Made by a program: the position numbers and the translations under genes
Source: Pseudomonadota bacterium
Lineage (GTDB): Bacteria > Campylobacterota > Campylobacteria > Campylobacterales > Sulfurimonadaceae
Direction of reading: 5' to 3'
NCBI GenBank assembly: GCA_043797085.1
Contig: JAZDQA010000007.1
Location: forward strand, 64,001 to 128,000
Length of the DNA stretch: 64,000 nt
The notes under the pieces: generated by a model
Seen by the model: the letters and a program-made list of their open reading frames with translations, nothing else
What the model was told of the DNA's origin: nothing
Databases searched by the model: none
Shown: in pieces, positions 43,333 to 51,980 of the stretch
How positions within the stretch are numbered: position 1 is the stretch's first letter
Layout of the letters: each line of letters starts with the position of its first letter

Positions 43333-44110
43333 AATTTTCATCCGGAAATGACCGATTTTGAACTTCTTTAGTATAACTGAAAACTGCTTCTTTGACTGCC
43401 GCCGCACCGTTCATGTACTGTTTGACAAATTTTGGGACAAACGGCTCATACAGTCCCAGCATATCAGAAAATACCAAGACCTGACCATCCACGCCATTAC
43501 CCGCACCGATGCCGATAACGGGGATAGAGACACTTTGTGCAACACGCGTAGCAACGTCGGCTTTTACCCCTTCGATGACGAGGATAAAGGCACCTGCTTT
43601 TTCGATGATCTGCGCATCGGCGATGAGAGAAAGGGCTTCTTCTTCCGATTTGCCTTTGACTTTATAGCCCCCCTCGGCACGAACACTTTGAGGTAAGAGT
43701 CCGATATGACCGCACACGGCGATGCCGTTGTCGGTTAGATGTTTAACGAGGTGCGCTTTATCGGCTCCCCCTTCGATTTTGACAGCATCAGCAGGAGTTT
43801 CACGGTAAACGCGAATGGCATTAGACAAAGCAGTGGGCTCATCTGTATAGGTACCAAAGGGCATATCACAAATGACAAACGTATTTTGAGCTCCTTTGCA
43901 GACGGCATTCGTGTGATAGATCATCTGATCCATAGTGGCACTTAATGTATCGGGATTGCCGCCAAAACTCATATTGAGACTGTCACCAACAAGCAAAATA
44001 TCAGCACTCTCTTCAAAAAGTCGAGCAAAAAGTGCATCGTATGCTGTAATCATCATAATGGGTAAAATATTTTTACGCTTTAAAATAGCGCCAATAGATA
44101 GTTTTTTCAT
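43322..44110 (-). CDS. panB: 3-methyl-2-oxobutanoate hydroxymethyltransferase
   Basis: TAYD, LVGDSL, DMPFG, VKIEGG, GIGAG, DGQVLV. Confidence 0.97.
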   Translation of the reverse strand: MKKLSIGAILKRKNILPIMMITAYDALFARLFEESADILLVGDSLNMSFGGNPDTLSATMDQMIYHTNAVCKGAQNTFVICDMPFGTYTDEPTALSNAIRVYRETPADAVKIEGGADKAHLVKHLTDNGIAVCGHIGLLPQSVRAEGGYKVKGKSEEEALSLIADAQIIEKAGAFILVIEGVKADVATRVAQSVSIPVIGIGAGNGVDGQVLVFSDMLGLYEPFVPKFVKQYMNGAAAVKEAVFSYTKEVQNRSFPDENYVY

Positions 44111-44228
44111 GAATAGAAGTTTACCCTAAAATTGTAGTGGCATCTAAAATATGTCATTTTGTCAGATAAAAGTGGAGATGCTATTTATTTAAAACGCGGT
44201 ATAATTGCCTCAAATAGGAGAAGAAATC

Positions 44229-44633
44229 ATGGGCATACGGACAAATTTGGAGAACGATTTCGATTTTGAAATTATCGATGAATTTTTAGATCACTATGCC
44301 ATGATGATTGAAATTATGGAGTCGTTGATTATTGATTTAGGGCATGATGAGCGTTATGGACGCAGTGTTGAAGAACTGTTTCGTATTTTTCACAATATTA
44401 AATCAGCAACTAGCTATTTAAAAATAGAGCCGATGATTCGTCTTTCAACTTTTGTGGAAGATGCCCTTGAACAGCTGAGACTGCGAGATACGTCCGCCAA
44501 TGAAGAGACTATTTCATGGCTGATTAGTGTTTCAGATATGTTTTTACAATGGCAAGAAGATTTCAAAATGGATAATGAACTCTCAAAAATCAATTTTTCT
44601 CTCCTAATATTACCCGATATGGAGAAAGCGTGA
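44229..44633 (+). CDS. Stand-alone Hpt phosphotransfer protein
   Basis: ELFRIFHNIKSA motif, CheA-P1-like. Confidence 0.8.
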   Translation: MGIRTNLENDFDFEIIDEFLDHYAMMIEIMESLIIDLGHDERYGRSVEELFRIFHNIKSATSYLKIEPMIRLSTFVEDALEQLRLRDTSANEETISWLISVSDMFLQWQEDFKMDNELSKINFSLLILPDMEKA

Positions 44634-45370
44634 AGCAACTAGTAGCTTATATTACCGCAGGATATCCTGATAAAAATTTTACCATTGACCTAGCATTGGC
44701 ATTGGGTGAAAACGGTGTCGATACCTTGGAACTGGGTGTCCCCTTTTCTGATCCCGTTGCCGACGGTCCTGTGATTGAAGCAGCAAATCAGCATGCGTTG
44801 GAATCAGGATTTCGTTTTTCGGATATTTTAGAGATATCCGCTAGTATAGCTCCTAAAATTGACACGTTATGGATGGGATATTTTAACCCTTTTTATCAAT
44901 ACGGAATGGAAGCGCTGTTGAACCGAGCTCAGACACTTGGCGTTAAAGGTCTCATCATCCCTGATGTTCCTTATGAGGAGGCAAAAGCCTATCATAATCT
45001 CTTTGAAGAGCGTCAGTTGGCAAATATTTCTTTCGTAGCCCCAACCGATGGAGAAGAGCGAATCGCTATGATTACTGCTCAAGCTCGCAGATTTATTTAT
45101 CTCGTTGCCTATGCCGGAATTACAGGCAGCGGCAAGAGTGAAGATTTGGCGCCGGTTCTTGAAATGATTAAGCGCCACAGTCAAACCCCCGTTTATGTAG
45201 GATTTGGAGTAAATGAGCAGACTGCACGTGAAAAAGTCAAAGGGGCAGACGGTGTTATTGTCGGTTCCTCTATTGTCAGCGTCCTTTTGGATAATACGCT
45301 CAACGGTACCCAAAAAATCGCCAAATGTTGTGAGATTACCCGAAATATTAAATCACTCATTAACGAATAA
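44630..45370 (+). CDS. trpA: Tryptophan synthase alpha chain
   Basis: ELGVPFSDPVADGPVI, GITG, VGFGV, ADGVIVGS. Confidence 0.97.
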   Translation: MKQLVAYITAGYPDKNFTIDLALALGENGVDTLELGVPFSDPVADGPVIEAANQHALESGFRFSDILEISASIAPKIDTLWMGYFNPFYQYGMEALLNRAQTLGVKGLIIPDVPYEEAKAYHNLFEERQLANISFVAPTDGEERIAMITAQARRFIYLVAYAGITGSGKSEDLAPVLEMIKRHSQTPVYVGFGVNEQTAREKVKGADGVIVGSSIVSVLLDNTLNGTQKIAKCCEITRNIKSLINE

Positions 45371-46291
45371 ATGGGGTATTGGGCTGTTCTTTTACTTTCA
45401 ATCGCCATAACCGCTTCTGCTGACAACTCTCTTTATAATGAGTTAAAAAAAAGTCCCTCTTTGAAGCAGGCTCCCTCACTCTCTGAGGATGCGTTGAGAA
45501 GCACCCTCTGGCAATATCAAATAACCGAGAGTTTAGAACCGCAATTTCATCCGATCAATGCCGATGAGGGAAAAGATTACCTGCCAATCTATATCAATGT
45601 CAATGAAGAACTTCCTTTCCGTTATAAAAAACTTATTGAGGATTCCCTCTACCTTCAACTCCTTATGATCTCATCCGTTGGATTTTTGACTCTGCTGCCG
45701 GAAAGTATTACGAGTTGGGATATGGAGGAACTGCAAAAACAGACATTGGCTCAGCGCTGGTTTGAGAATGTTTCCTCTACGCCGGTTTGGGATAACGACG
45801 ACTGGATCATCAACTACATCGGACATCCGGTATCGGGTGCGTTCTACTATACAATGGCACGCAATGATGGGATGTCGATCGGTGAGTCGGCAGCTTTTTC
45901 CGCCTTGATGTCCACCTTTTTCTGGGAGTACGGTTACGAGAGTTTTGCCGAGACTCCTTCGATACAGGATCTTATTATCACTCCTTTATTCGGGTCTATT
46001 CTGGGGGAAGGGATGATGGTTCTTCAGGGAAAATTGAATCAAAAGGGCGGGGTGATCTTCGGTTCAAGAAGTTTGGGAAACATAAGCTATTTTTTTCTGG
46101 ATCCGTTGGGCAATATCGCCCATGGGATGAGAGATGTCCTTAAAACTTTTCATATTGATCTTGATGTGACCATGACGATACAAACCTATCCGCGGGCTCG
46201 CACTGAGCGACAGTTTCCTGTTCTTGATCCAAAAGAGGATCCGATACGTGCACGAGAGCGTGAAATCGGTTTTATTATTACCTTTTGGTAA
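45371..46291 (+). CDS. DUF3943-like membrane/secreted protein
   Basis: WDND.W.INYIGHP, AR..G, WEYG.E, PSIQDL..TP. Confidence 0.75.
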   Translation: MGYWAVLLLSIAITASADNSLYNELKKSPSLKQAPSLSEDALRSTLWQYQITESLEPQFHPINADEGKDYLPIYINVNEELPFRYKKLIEDSLYLQLLMISSVGFLTLLPESITSWDMEELQKQTLAQRWFENVSSTPVWDNDDWIINYIGHPVSGAFYYTMARNDGMSIGESAAFSALMSTFFWEYGYESFAETPSIQDLIITPLFGSILGEGMMVLQGKLNQKGGVIFGSRSLGNISYFFLDPLGNIAHGMRDVLKTFHIDLDVTMTIQTYPRARTERQFPVLDPKEDPIRAREREIGFIITFW

Positions 46292-46326
46292 GAGGTATAA
46301 AATCATGATTTCATTTACAAAGCTTT

Positions 46327-46335
46327 TGGTATAAT
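46327..46335 (+). promoter_or_regulatory. Extended -10 promoter of ssrA
   Basis: TGgTATAAT about 26 nt upstream of the mature 5' end. Confidence 0.55.
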
Positions 46336-46361
46336 GTTGAAATAACTTCGGTTATTCCTGT

Positions 46362-46733
46362 GGGGGCGACATGGCTTCGACTGGATCAAGAAGGTTTAGG
46401 TTGCATCGTCGGACTGAGCAATTCCGTTACACGGCTCACACTTGCTTAAACGCAAACAACACTAATTACCGTCCTGCTTACGCTGTAGCGTAAGTTTAAC
46501 TAAACTTTAGGACTGCGCTACCTTCCTATGCTATAACTGGAAGGGCTTGGCGTATAACCCCTGTGATAGCTATATTCTTGGAATGTCTCGGACTTGAATG
46601 AATTTAGAGAATTGAATGCCGTAACTTTGCTCGTTGTGTGAAGGCGTTTGAAACACAAACAACGAAACTAAGCATGTAGACGCCTTTACAATCTTGGTTT
46701 AGGACTCCGGTTCAATCCCGGACGCCTCCACCA
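46362..46733 (+). ncRNA. ssrA: tmRNA
   Basis: 5' GGGGGCG pairs with 3' CGCCTCC-ACCA including G3:U; T-arm GGTTCAATCC; tag ORF ANNTNYRPAYAVA* at 46452-46493. Confidence 0.96.
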
Positions 46734-46839
46734 AACTATATCTTTCATTTAATATAGCTCATTTCAATCACCTATTTTTGTTTTTGTAAACTGAAGATTG
46801 AATACCTTATCCCTACTTTTTACTAAAAATATATTTCAT

Positions 46840-47448
46840 TTAGTGTACTAGTTTAGGTTTCAAATACTCTTTAACTTTTTTTATTTCAGTATTTAACTCA
46901 TTTTTAAATTCATCACCATCATCCGACAAATCATCATATAAGATATCTCTTTTTTTTCTAATAATTTCTTGTATTGCTTGTTTGGTCTCTTGTGACGTTG
47001 ATGGATTTATTAGGAGTAGATGATTTCTTGCTATAATAAACAATTCGTGTTCTAAAACAAATATTTGTTTGAAAAGAGCTATAAATTCTTCTCCCCATAT
47101 TGCTTCAGCTTCAAGAAGATCTGTCTTCAAATTTGTAGATGCATCTTGAACTTTTTCCCATCGGGCTTCATATGCTTTTGATTTTCCATAAAAACGATTT
47201 TCTTCATCGTTATTACACTTCTTTTCATCATGTGGTGGCTCAGGCATCTCATATACAAACATTGCTGGATATCTAAAAGCGCTGATTGCATCTTTATGTT
47301 TTAGCAGTGATGCAACTACACGACGGGAAAGTTCATATTCTACTTGTCCTTTAAGTTGTTTTTTCCATGTGGTTAATCCCTGATATGCTATGTAGAGCCC
47401 ACCAACTGTCCCGATGCCTGATATTATTTCTGATAAAGTTATTGTCAT
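46840..47448 (-). CDS. Hypothetical protein with N-terminal TM helix
   Basis: Long AT-rich ORF; IISGIGTVGGLYIAYQGLTTWKKQ membrane anchor. Confidence 0.7.
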   Translation of the reverse strand: MTITLSEIISGIGTVGGLYIAYQGLTTWKKQLKGQVEYELSRRVVASLLKHKDAISAFRYPAMFVYEMPEPPHDEKKCNNDEENRFYGKSKAYEARWEKVQDASTNLKTDLLEAEAIWGEEFIALFKQIFVLEHELFIIARNHLLLINPSTSQETKQAIQEIIRKKRDILYDDLSDDGDEFKNELNTEIKKVKEYLKPKLVH

Positions 47449-47703
47449 ATGATAGTGTAAGGCTGAGAAGCTTAAATAATAGGTTAGCTTCTTATTCCCT
47501 AAGCAAATAAACCCCAAAACTCTCTACTGTTTAATCTACCTCTGTATAATGCGCCAACTTGCATTGAAGGATGAACATAGATGAAAAATAGCGTATTGGG
47601 TAGTAGGGATTGCAGCATACCGCATACGGGTCAGGCGTTAAATGTTAATTAGAGATGATCTAAAGAAACTAAGACTAGATGAATTAAAATGCAAAAGTGG
47701 GGA

Positions 47704-47730
47704 TGGATCCCGTATCAAGTACGGGATGAC
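47704..47730. repeat. Single REP-like palindromic unit
   Basis: tggatcccgtatcaagtacgggatgac, homologous to units at 696-779. Confidence 0.65.
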
Positions 47731-47812
47731 AAAAAAATAGGGGTCAGGTATTCAGTCTTTACTTTTTATCCGCTAATGTAAATAAAATAAGAAAATGAAT
47801 TTTTATAGTTAC

Positions 47813-47873
47813 TTGACAAATAGTATCACTTATGATACATTTAGTAAAATAAATAAGTATCAAATTTGATACT
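47813..47873 (+). promoter_or_regulatory. Sigma70 promoter with two GTATCA-N4-TGATAC operators
   Basis: TTGACA 47813-47818, TGaTACATT 47833-47841; operators at 47823-47838 and perfect palindrome agtatcaaatttgatact 47856-47873. Confidence 0.7.
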
Positions 47874-47886
47874 AAAAGAAGCTACC

Positions 47887-48261
47887 ATGTTTAAAACATT
47901 CATTCTTTCTGAACTCAAAAAGCAAAAAGAGGCTCTATCTATCCCGTATGAGGCTATTGCTACCCGTTCAGGGTTAGGGATTGCTACAGTGAAACGGGCA
48001 TTTTCAGGGCATGATATATCCCTCGACTCCCTCGATAAAATAGCGGTAGCTTTGGGATGTGAGATCGCTATCAAACCAAAGCAATCGGCAAAAGCACTCT
48101 ATCAGGCGCAAATAGAGAAAAAAGCGCATGAGATTGTGAGTCGAGTGATACAAACCTCTGCACTGGAAAATCAATTGCCGAGCGATGACGCACAAAAAAG
48201 GATACTTACCCAAGCCAAAGCGATGATTGCTAAAATGCCAAAATCTAAAGTGTGGGCATAA
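47887..48261 (+). CDS. XRE-family HTH protein (mobile mystery protein A-like)
   Basis: HTH IATRSGLGIATVKR..ISLDSLDKIAVALGC; C-terminal V.QTSALENQ. Confidence 0.7.
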   Translation: MFKTFILSELKKQKEALSIPYEAIATRSGLGIATVKRAFSGHDISLDSLDKIAVALGCEIAIKPKQSAKALYQAQIEKKAHEIVSRVIQTSALENQLPSDDAQKRILTQAKAMIAKMPKSKVWA

Positions 48262-48329
48262 TTTTTCTTTGGTGGAAAGAAATGTGCAGTACCATTATCA
48301 AATTTAATCGAAGGAAAAGCTTTTATTTA

Positions 48330-48357
48330 TCTAGAAAAGCGTATAGTTTTTTCTAGA
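48330..48357. promoter_or_regulatory. Inverted repeat upstream of the AbiE-like operon
   Basis: TCTAGAAAA-N10-TTTTCTAGA, 20 bp before the start codon. Confidence 0.55.
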
Positions 48358-48377
48358 AATAATTTTTGGGATAACCT

Positions 48378-48989
48378 ATGAAAAATATCGTTGATGATGG
48401 ATTTTTCTTTATAGCTGGTCATCGTAGGGGGTGGAGCTTTTCATCAAGAGATTTGATGCAAAAGTTTAGTCGCCAACAAGCTGATAATCTCCTCTCTGAT
48501 CTAAGTGCTCAGGGAAAAATCCGCCGGATCGCTCATGGTATGTATGACTATCCGAAATACAGTAATTTTTTAGGCAAAGAACTTAGCCCCGATATCGATC
48601 AAGTCGCACGAGCTTATGCCCGTAAGTTTAACTGGCGTATAGAGATTTCCGGTGATAGTGCGCTGAATTATTTCGGTCTCTCGACTCAGGTGCCGGGAAC
48701 GTATATTTATCTCAGTGATGGGGCAAGTAAAAGCTACGATATTATGGGGACAACCTTGAAGTTTAAAAAATCTCAACTCAAGAATATCGGTTTCAAACAT
48801 AGTGAAAGTTCATTGATCGTTCAAGCTCTTAATGCTCTAGGGAAAGAGCATATAACGGATAACGTCATCAAAAAGATTCGTGAACAGATTGACCCTAAAA
48901 AATATGAGAAAATTCTCAAAGATACGCAAAGCTCAACGGTGTGGATTTATGAGAGTGTTAAAGTTATCTGTCAGAAGGACAATGTATGA
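48378..48989 (+). CDS. DUF6088 / AbiEi-like antitoxin
   Basis: N-terminal wHTH (GKIRRIAHGMYDYP), ALN.FGLSTQVP..YLSDG motif. Confidence 0.8.
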   Translation: MKNIVDDGFFFIAGHRRGWSFSSRDLMQKFSRQQADNLLSDLSAQGKIRRIAHGMYDYPKYSNFLGKELSPDIDQVARAYARKFNWRIEISGDSALNYFGLSTQVPGTYIYLSDGASKSYDIMGTTLKFKKSQLKNIGFKHSESSLIVQALNALGKEHITDNVIKKIREQIDPKKYEKILKDTQSSTVWIYESVKVICQKDNV

Positions 48990-49966
48990 ATAAGATTGCC
49001 TTGTTACCAACGCAAAGACGTAATGAGCTATTTCGTGAAACCGCCCGGATGATGCACACAACCGAAGCAATCGTCGAAAAAGATTTTTGGGTGGTTTGGA
49101 CTTTGGATAAGATTTTTGCTGATGCACACCTCGGTAAAATTTTAAAGTTCAAAGGGGGTACGAGTCTTTCGAAGGTGTACGATCTGATCGGTAGATTTTC
49201 CGAAGATATCGATCTCATCCTAGACTGGCGGGAAGTGATCTCAGATGATCCCTATAAAGAGCGATCAAAAAATAAGCAAAATGAGTTTAACGACAATACG
49301 AATGAAACGGCACATATTTACATCCGTGAAGAGTTACTTCCTTCTATCTCACAATTGTTAGCTCCAATATGTGCCTGTACTATCGATGTAGACGATCCGC
49401 ACTCTATTAATATCACATATCCGTCGGCATTTAAAGATATCTATCTACGTCCTCAGATTTTACTTGAAATCGGACCATTGGCATCTTGGACTCCTTCGGA
49501 TGTTTTTGAAATCAGTTCTTTTGCTGCACAAAAATTCTCTGAAGTTTTTGAACAACCTTCTTGCCGTGTCGATACGATTTTAGCGGAACGGACATTTTGG
49601 GAAAAAGCAACTATTTTGCATCAAGAAGCTAACCGAACGACAGACAAGCCCTTACCATCTAGACACGCAAGACATTATTATGATTTGGCTATGATGGCAA
49701 GAAGCAGTGTGAAAGCCAAAGCATTTGCACGTTTGGATTTACTCGAAGCGGTTGTACAATTTAAACAGCGTTTTTATCCATCAGCATGGGCGAAGTACGA
49801 AGAGGCAAAAGTTGGAACACTCAAATTGCTCCCACCGGAATTTCGTTATGCTGAACTTCGCAAAGATTATACCGCTATGCAGAATATGATTTTTGAAAAA
49901 CATCTCTCCTTTGAAGAGATTCTTGAGACTCTAAAAGCATTAGAACATGAGATAAATAGTATATGA
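48986..49966 (+). CDS. AbiEii-family nucleotidyltransferase toxin (type IV TA)
   Basis: VEKDFWV, FKGGTSLSK, RFSEDIDL, ERTFWEK, RHYYD. Confidence 0.88.
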   Translation: MNKIALLPTQRRNELFRETARMMHTTEAIVEKDFWVVWTLDKIFADAHLGKILKFKGGTSLSKVYDLIGRFSEDIDLILDWREVISDDPYKERSKNKQNEFNDNTNETAHIYIREELLPSISQLLAPICACTIDVDDPHSINITYPSAFKDIYLRPQILLEIGPLASWTPSDVFEISSFAAQKFSEVFEQPSCRVDTILAERTFWEKATILHQEANRTTDKPLPSRHARHYYDLAMMARSSVKAKAFARLDLLEAVVQFKQRFYPSAWAKYEEAKVGTLKLLPPEFRYAELRKDYTAMQNMIFEKHLSFEEILETLKALEHEINSI

Positions 49967-50245
49967 GAATAGTACTAATGTAGTTTATTTTTTATATAGT
50001 CTTAAAAATATCGTTATTAAGCCTTTGTTCTATAGAGGACGCCCCACCAATACTTCAAATTATTTCCCTTTTTCCATTCAACAATCAAGTCTAAAGTGAA
50101 GACTGGATACCTGCATATTTGACCCACTCAAAAAAACTATAATTGCTTCAATAGAAATAAATAAAAATCAGTAAGCGGATTGTAATTAGTCATTTTAAAT
50201 GCAATGATGCAAAAATTATTGTTACTTTTAGATGGAGGTGATCCC

Positions 50246-50712
50246 ATGTCAACAACTTCAGTAAAATCCAACACAATCCGGCTTCATCGTGTGCTACGTG
50301 CACCACTTGAACGTGTCTATCGGGCTTTTCTTGATGCAGATGCGTTAGTAAAATGGATTCCGCCAAACGGCTTTACCTGTAAGGTGCACCATATGGATGT
50401 AAAGGTCGGTGGCATCTATAAGATGTCATTTACAAACTTCACTACCGCAAGATCGACTCTTTTGGCGGTGAGTACCTTGAATTGGTGCCAAATGAACGCA
50501 TTCGCTACGTGGACAGGTTTGACGATCCGAATCTGCCCGGCGATATGCTTACGACAATAACCTTGAAAGAAGTGTCCGTCGGAACAGAATTAACCATAGT
50601 GCAAGAGGGGGTACCTGCTGTTATTTCAGAGGAAGCTTGCTATCTGGGTTGGCAAGAGTCGCTTGTTCTTTTAATAAAATTAGTCGAGGCGGAGATTTTG
50701 GACGAATCATAA
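50246..50712 (+). pseudogene. SRPBCC/AHSA1-family gene with a 1-bp frameshift
   Basis: Adding one base at ~50447 joins SFTNFTT to GKIDSFGGEYLELVPNERIRY...CYLGWQESL; GGAGG RBS before ATG 50246. Confidence 0.8.
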
Positions 50713-50743
50713 GATTGAAAATTTCGTTTATTTTAATCATCCA

Positions 50744-50857
50744 ACGATCAAGGCGAAACGATCTGCTAAAGCACTTTATCAAGCACAAATAGAGATAAAG
50801 GCTCAGGAGATCGTGAATCGAGTTACCCAGACCTCTGCACTCAAAAATAATTCTCCC
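50744..50857 (+). pseudogene. Remnant paralog of the 47887 XRE gene 3' half
   Basis: TIKAKRSAKALYQAQIEIKAQEIVNRVTQTSALKNNSP versus AIKPKQSAKALYQAQIEKKAHEIVSRVIQTSALENQLP. Confidence 0.8.
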
Positions 50858-50922
50858 AACTCTTTACCCAATTTTTTTGGAACCTTTTGTATAATTGCAT
50901 TTAATTAGAATAATGCAGGGTT

Positions 50923-51255
50923 ATGTTTAAAATTATGAATATATTTACGCAGCAACTTTATACGATACAATCAAAAGATATTACCAGTGTTGTCATCGTT
51001 TTAGCCGATGAAAATCATCCGATTTTTAAAGCCCATTTCGAGGGGAATCCGCTTCTTCCCGCTTTTTTGCATGTTGATATTGCGGCGGAAATTTTTGGCT
51101 TTGAAGTAGTAGGGATTAGTCGGTCAAAATTTATGGCGCCGTTGCTGCCCAATGATGAGGTGGTGGTGTCGATAGAGCAACGTCCTGCGGGTGTCAGGGT
51201 TCGATTTGTGCGGGATACCCGTATTGCCAGTGAGATAAATCTTGAAATCCTGTAG
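50923..51255 (+). CDS. Hotdog-fold acyl-ACP dehydratase (ApeI/FabZ-like)
   Basis: HPIFKAHFEGNPLLP and KFMAPLLP motifs. Confidence 0.8.
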   Translation: MFKIMNIFTQQLYTIQSKDITSVVIVLADENHPIFKAHFEGNPLLPAFLHVDIAAEIFGFEVVGISRSKFMAPLLPNDEVVVSIEQRPAGVRVRFVRDTRIASEINLEIL

Positions 51256-51952
51256 CCTCTGTCTTCTTATCCCCGTTTACAATAATCCTCAAACCATTGC
51301 ACGTATCGTGAGAGAAGTTTTAGCTTATAATCTTCCTATTATTGTGGTGGATGACGGTTCGGATGTTCCTGTTGAAACATTGATAGAGAGGGATTCGAGC
51401 GTAACAATTGTGTGTCATAATCAAAATCAGGGAAAAGGGGTTGCGCTTCGTACTGGCGCCTTGAAAGCCAAAGAGATGGGGTTTAGCCATTGTTTGACGA
51501 TGGATGGGGACGGGCAACATTTTGCGCAGGATATTCCCAAATTTTTGGAGCTTTTTGAAGAAGCGTGCCGTGAAAATACGATGATTATCGGGGTACGTGA
51601 TTTTGAGACGTGTAATCCCCCAAAATCCTCGGTTATCGGACGACAGATCGGGAATTTTTGGGTTTGGGTTGAGAGCGGAATATGGGTGAGTGATACCCAG
51701 ACGGGATTTCGCCTTTATCCGGTAGAATTTTTGAGCTATCCTTCTTCGACGGTACGCTATGAGTTTGAAATCGAAAATTTGGTAAAATTCTTATGGTCAG
51801 GTGGCAAAGTGATGGAAGTGATGGTAAAAACACTCTATGATGAGACCCGTGTGACCCATTTCGATAAATTAAAAGACAATCTTCATATGATATTTTTACA
51901 CGCCAAACTCGTTATTTTACGACTATTTTTACTCAAAGGAATACTAAAATGA
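51242..51952 (+). CDS. GT2 glycosyltransferase
   Basis: IPVYN, VDDGS, NQGKG, MDGDGQH, DTQTGFRLYP. Confidence 0.9.
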   Translation: MKSCSLCLLIPVYNNPQTIARIVREVLAYNLPIIVVDDGSDVPVETLIERDSSVTIVCHNQNQGKGVALRTGALKAKEMGFSHCLTMDGDGQHFAQDIPKFLELFEEACRENTMIIGVRDFETCNPPKSSVIGRQIGNFWVWVESGIWVSDTQTGFRLYPVEFLSYPSSTVRYEFEIENLVKFLWSGGKVMEVMVKTLYDETRVTHFDKLKDNLHMIFLHAKLVILRLFLLKGILK

Positions 51953-51980
51953 ACACAAACACAATGGAGACACGACTAGC

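Larger units (their letters stand above)
46720..50050. mobile_element. Decayed genomic islet integrated at the tmRNA 3' end
   Basis: GGACGCCTCCACCAA (46720-46734) recurs as GGACGCC-CCACCAA (50037-50050); AT-rich cargo with XRE and TA genes; no integrase. Confidence 0.65.
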
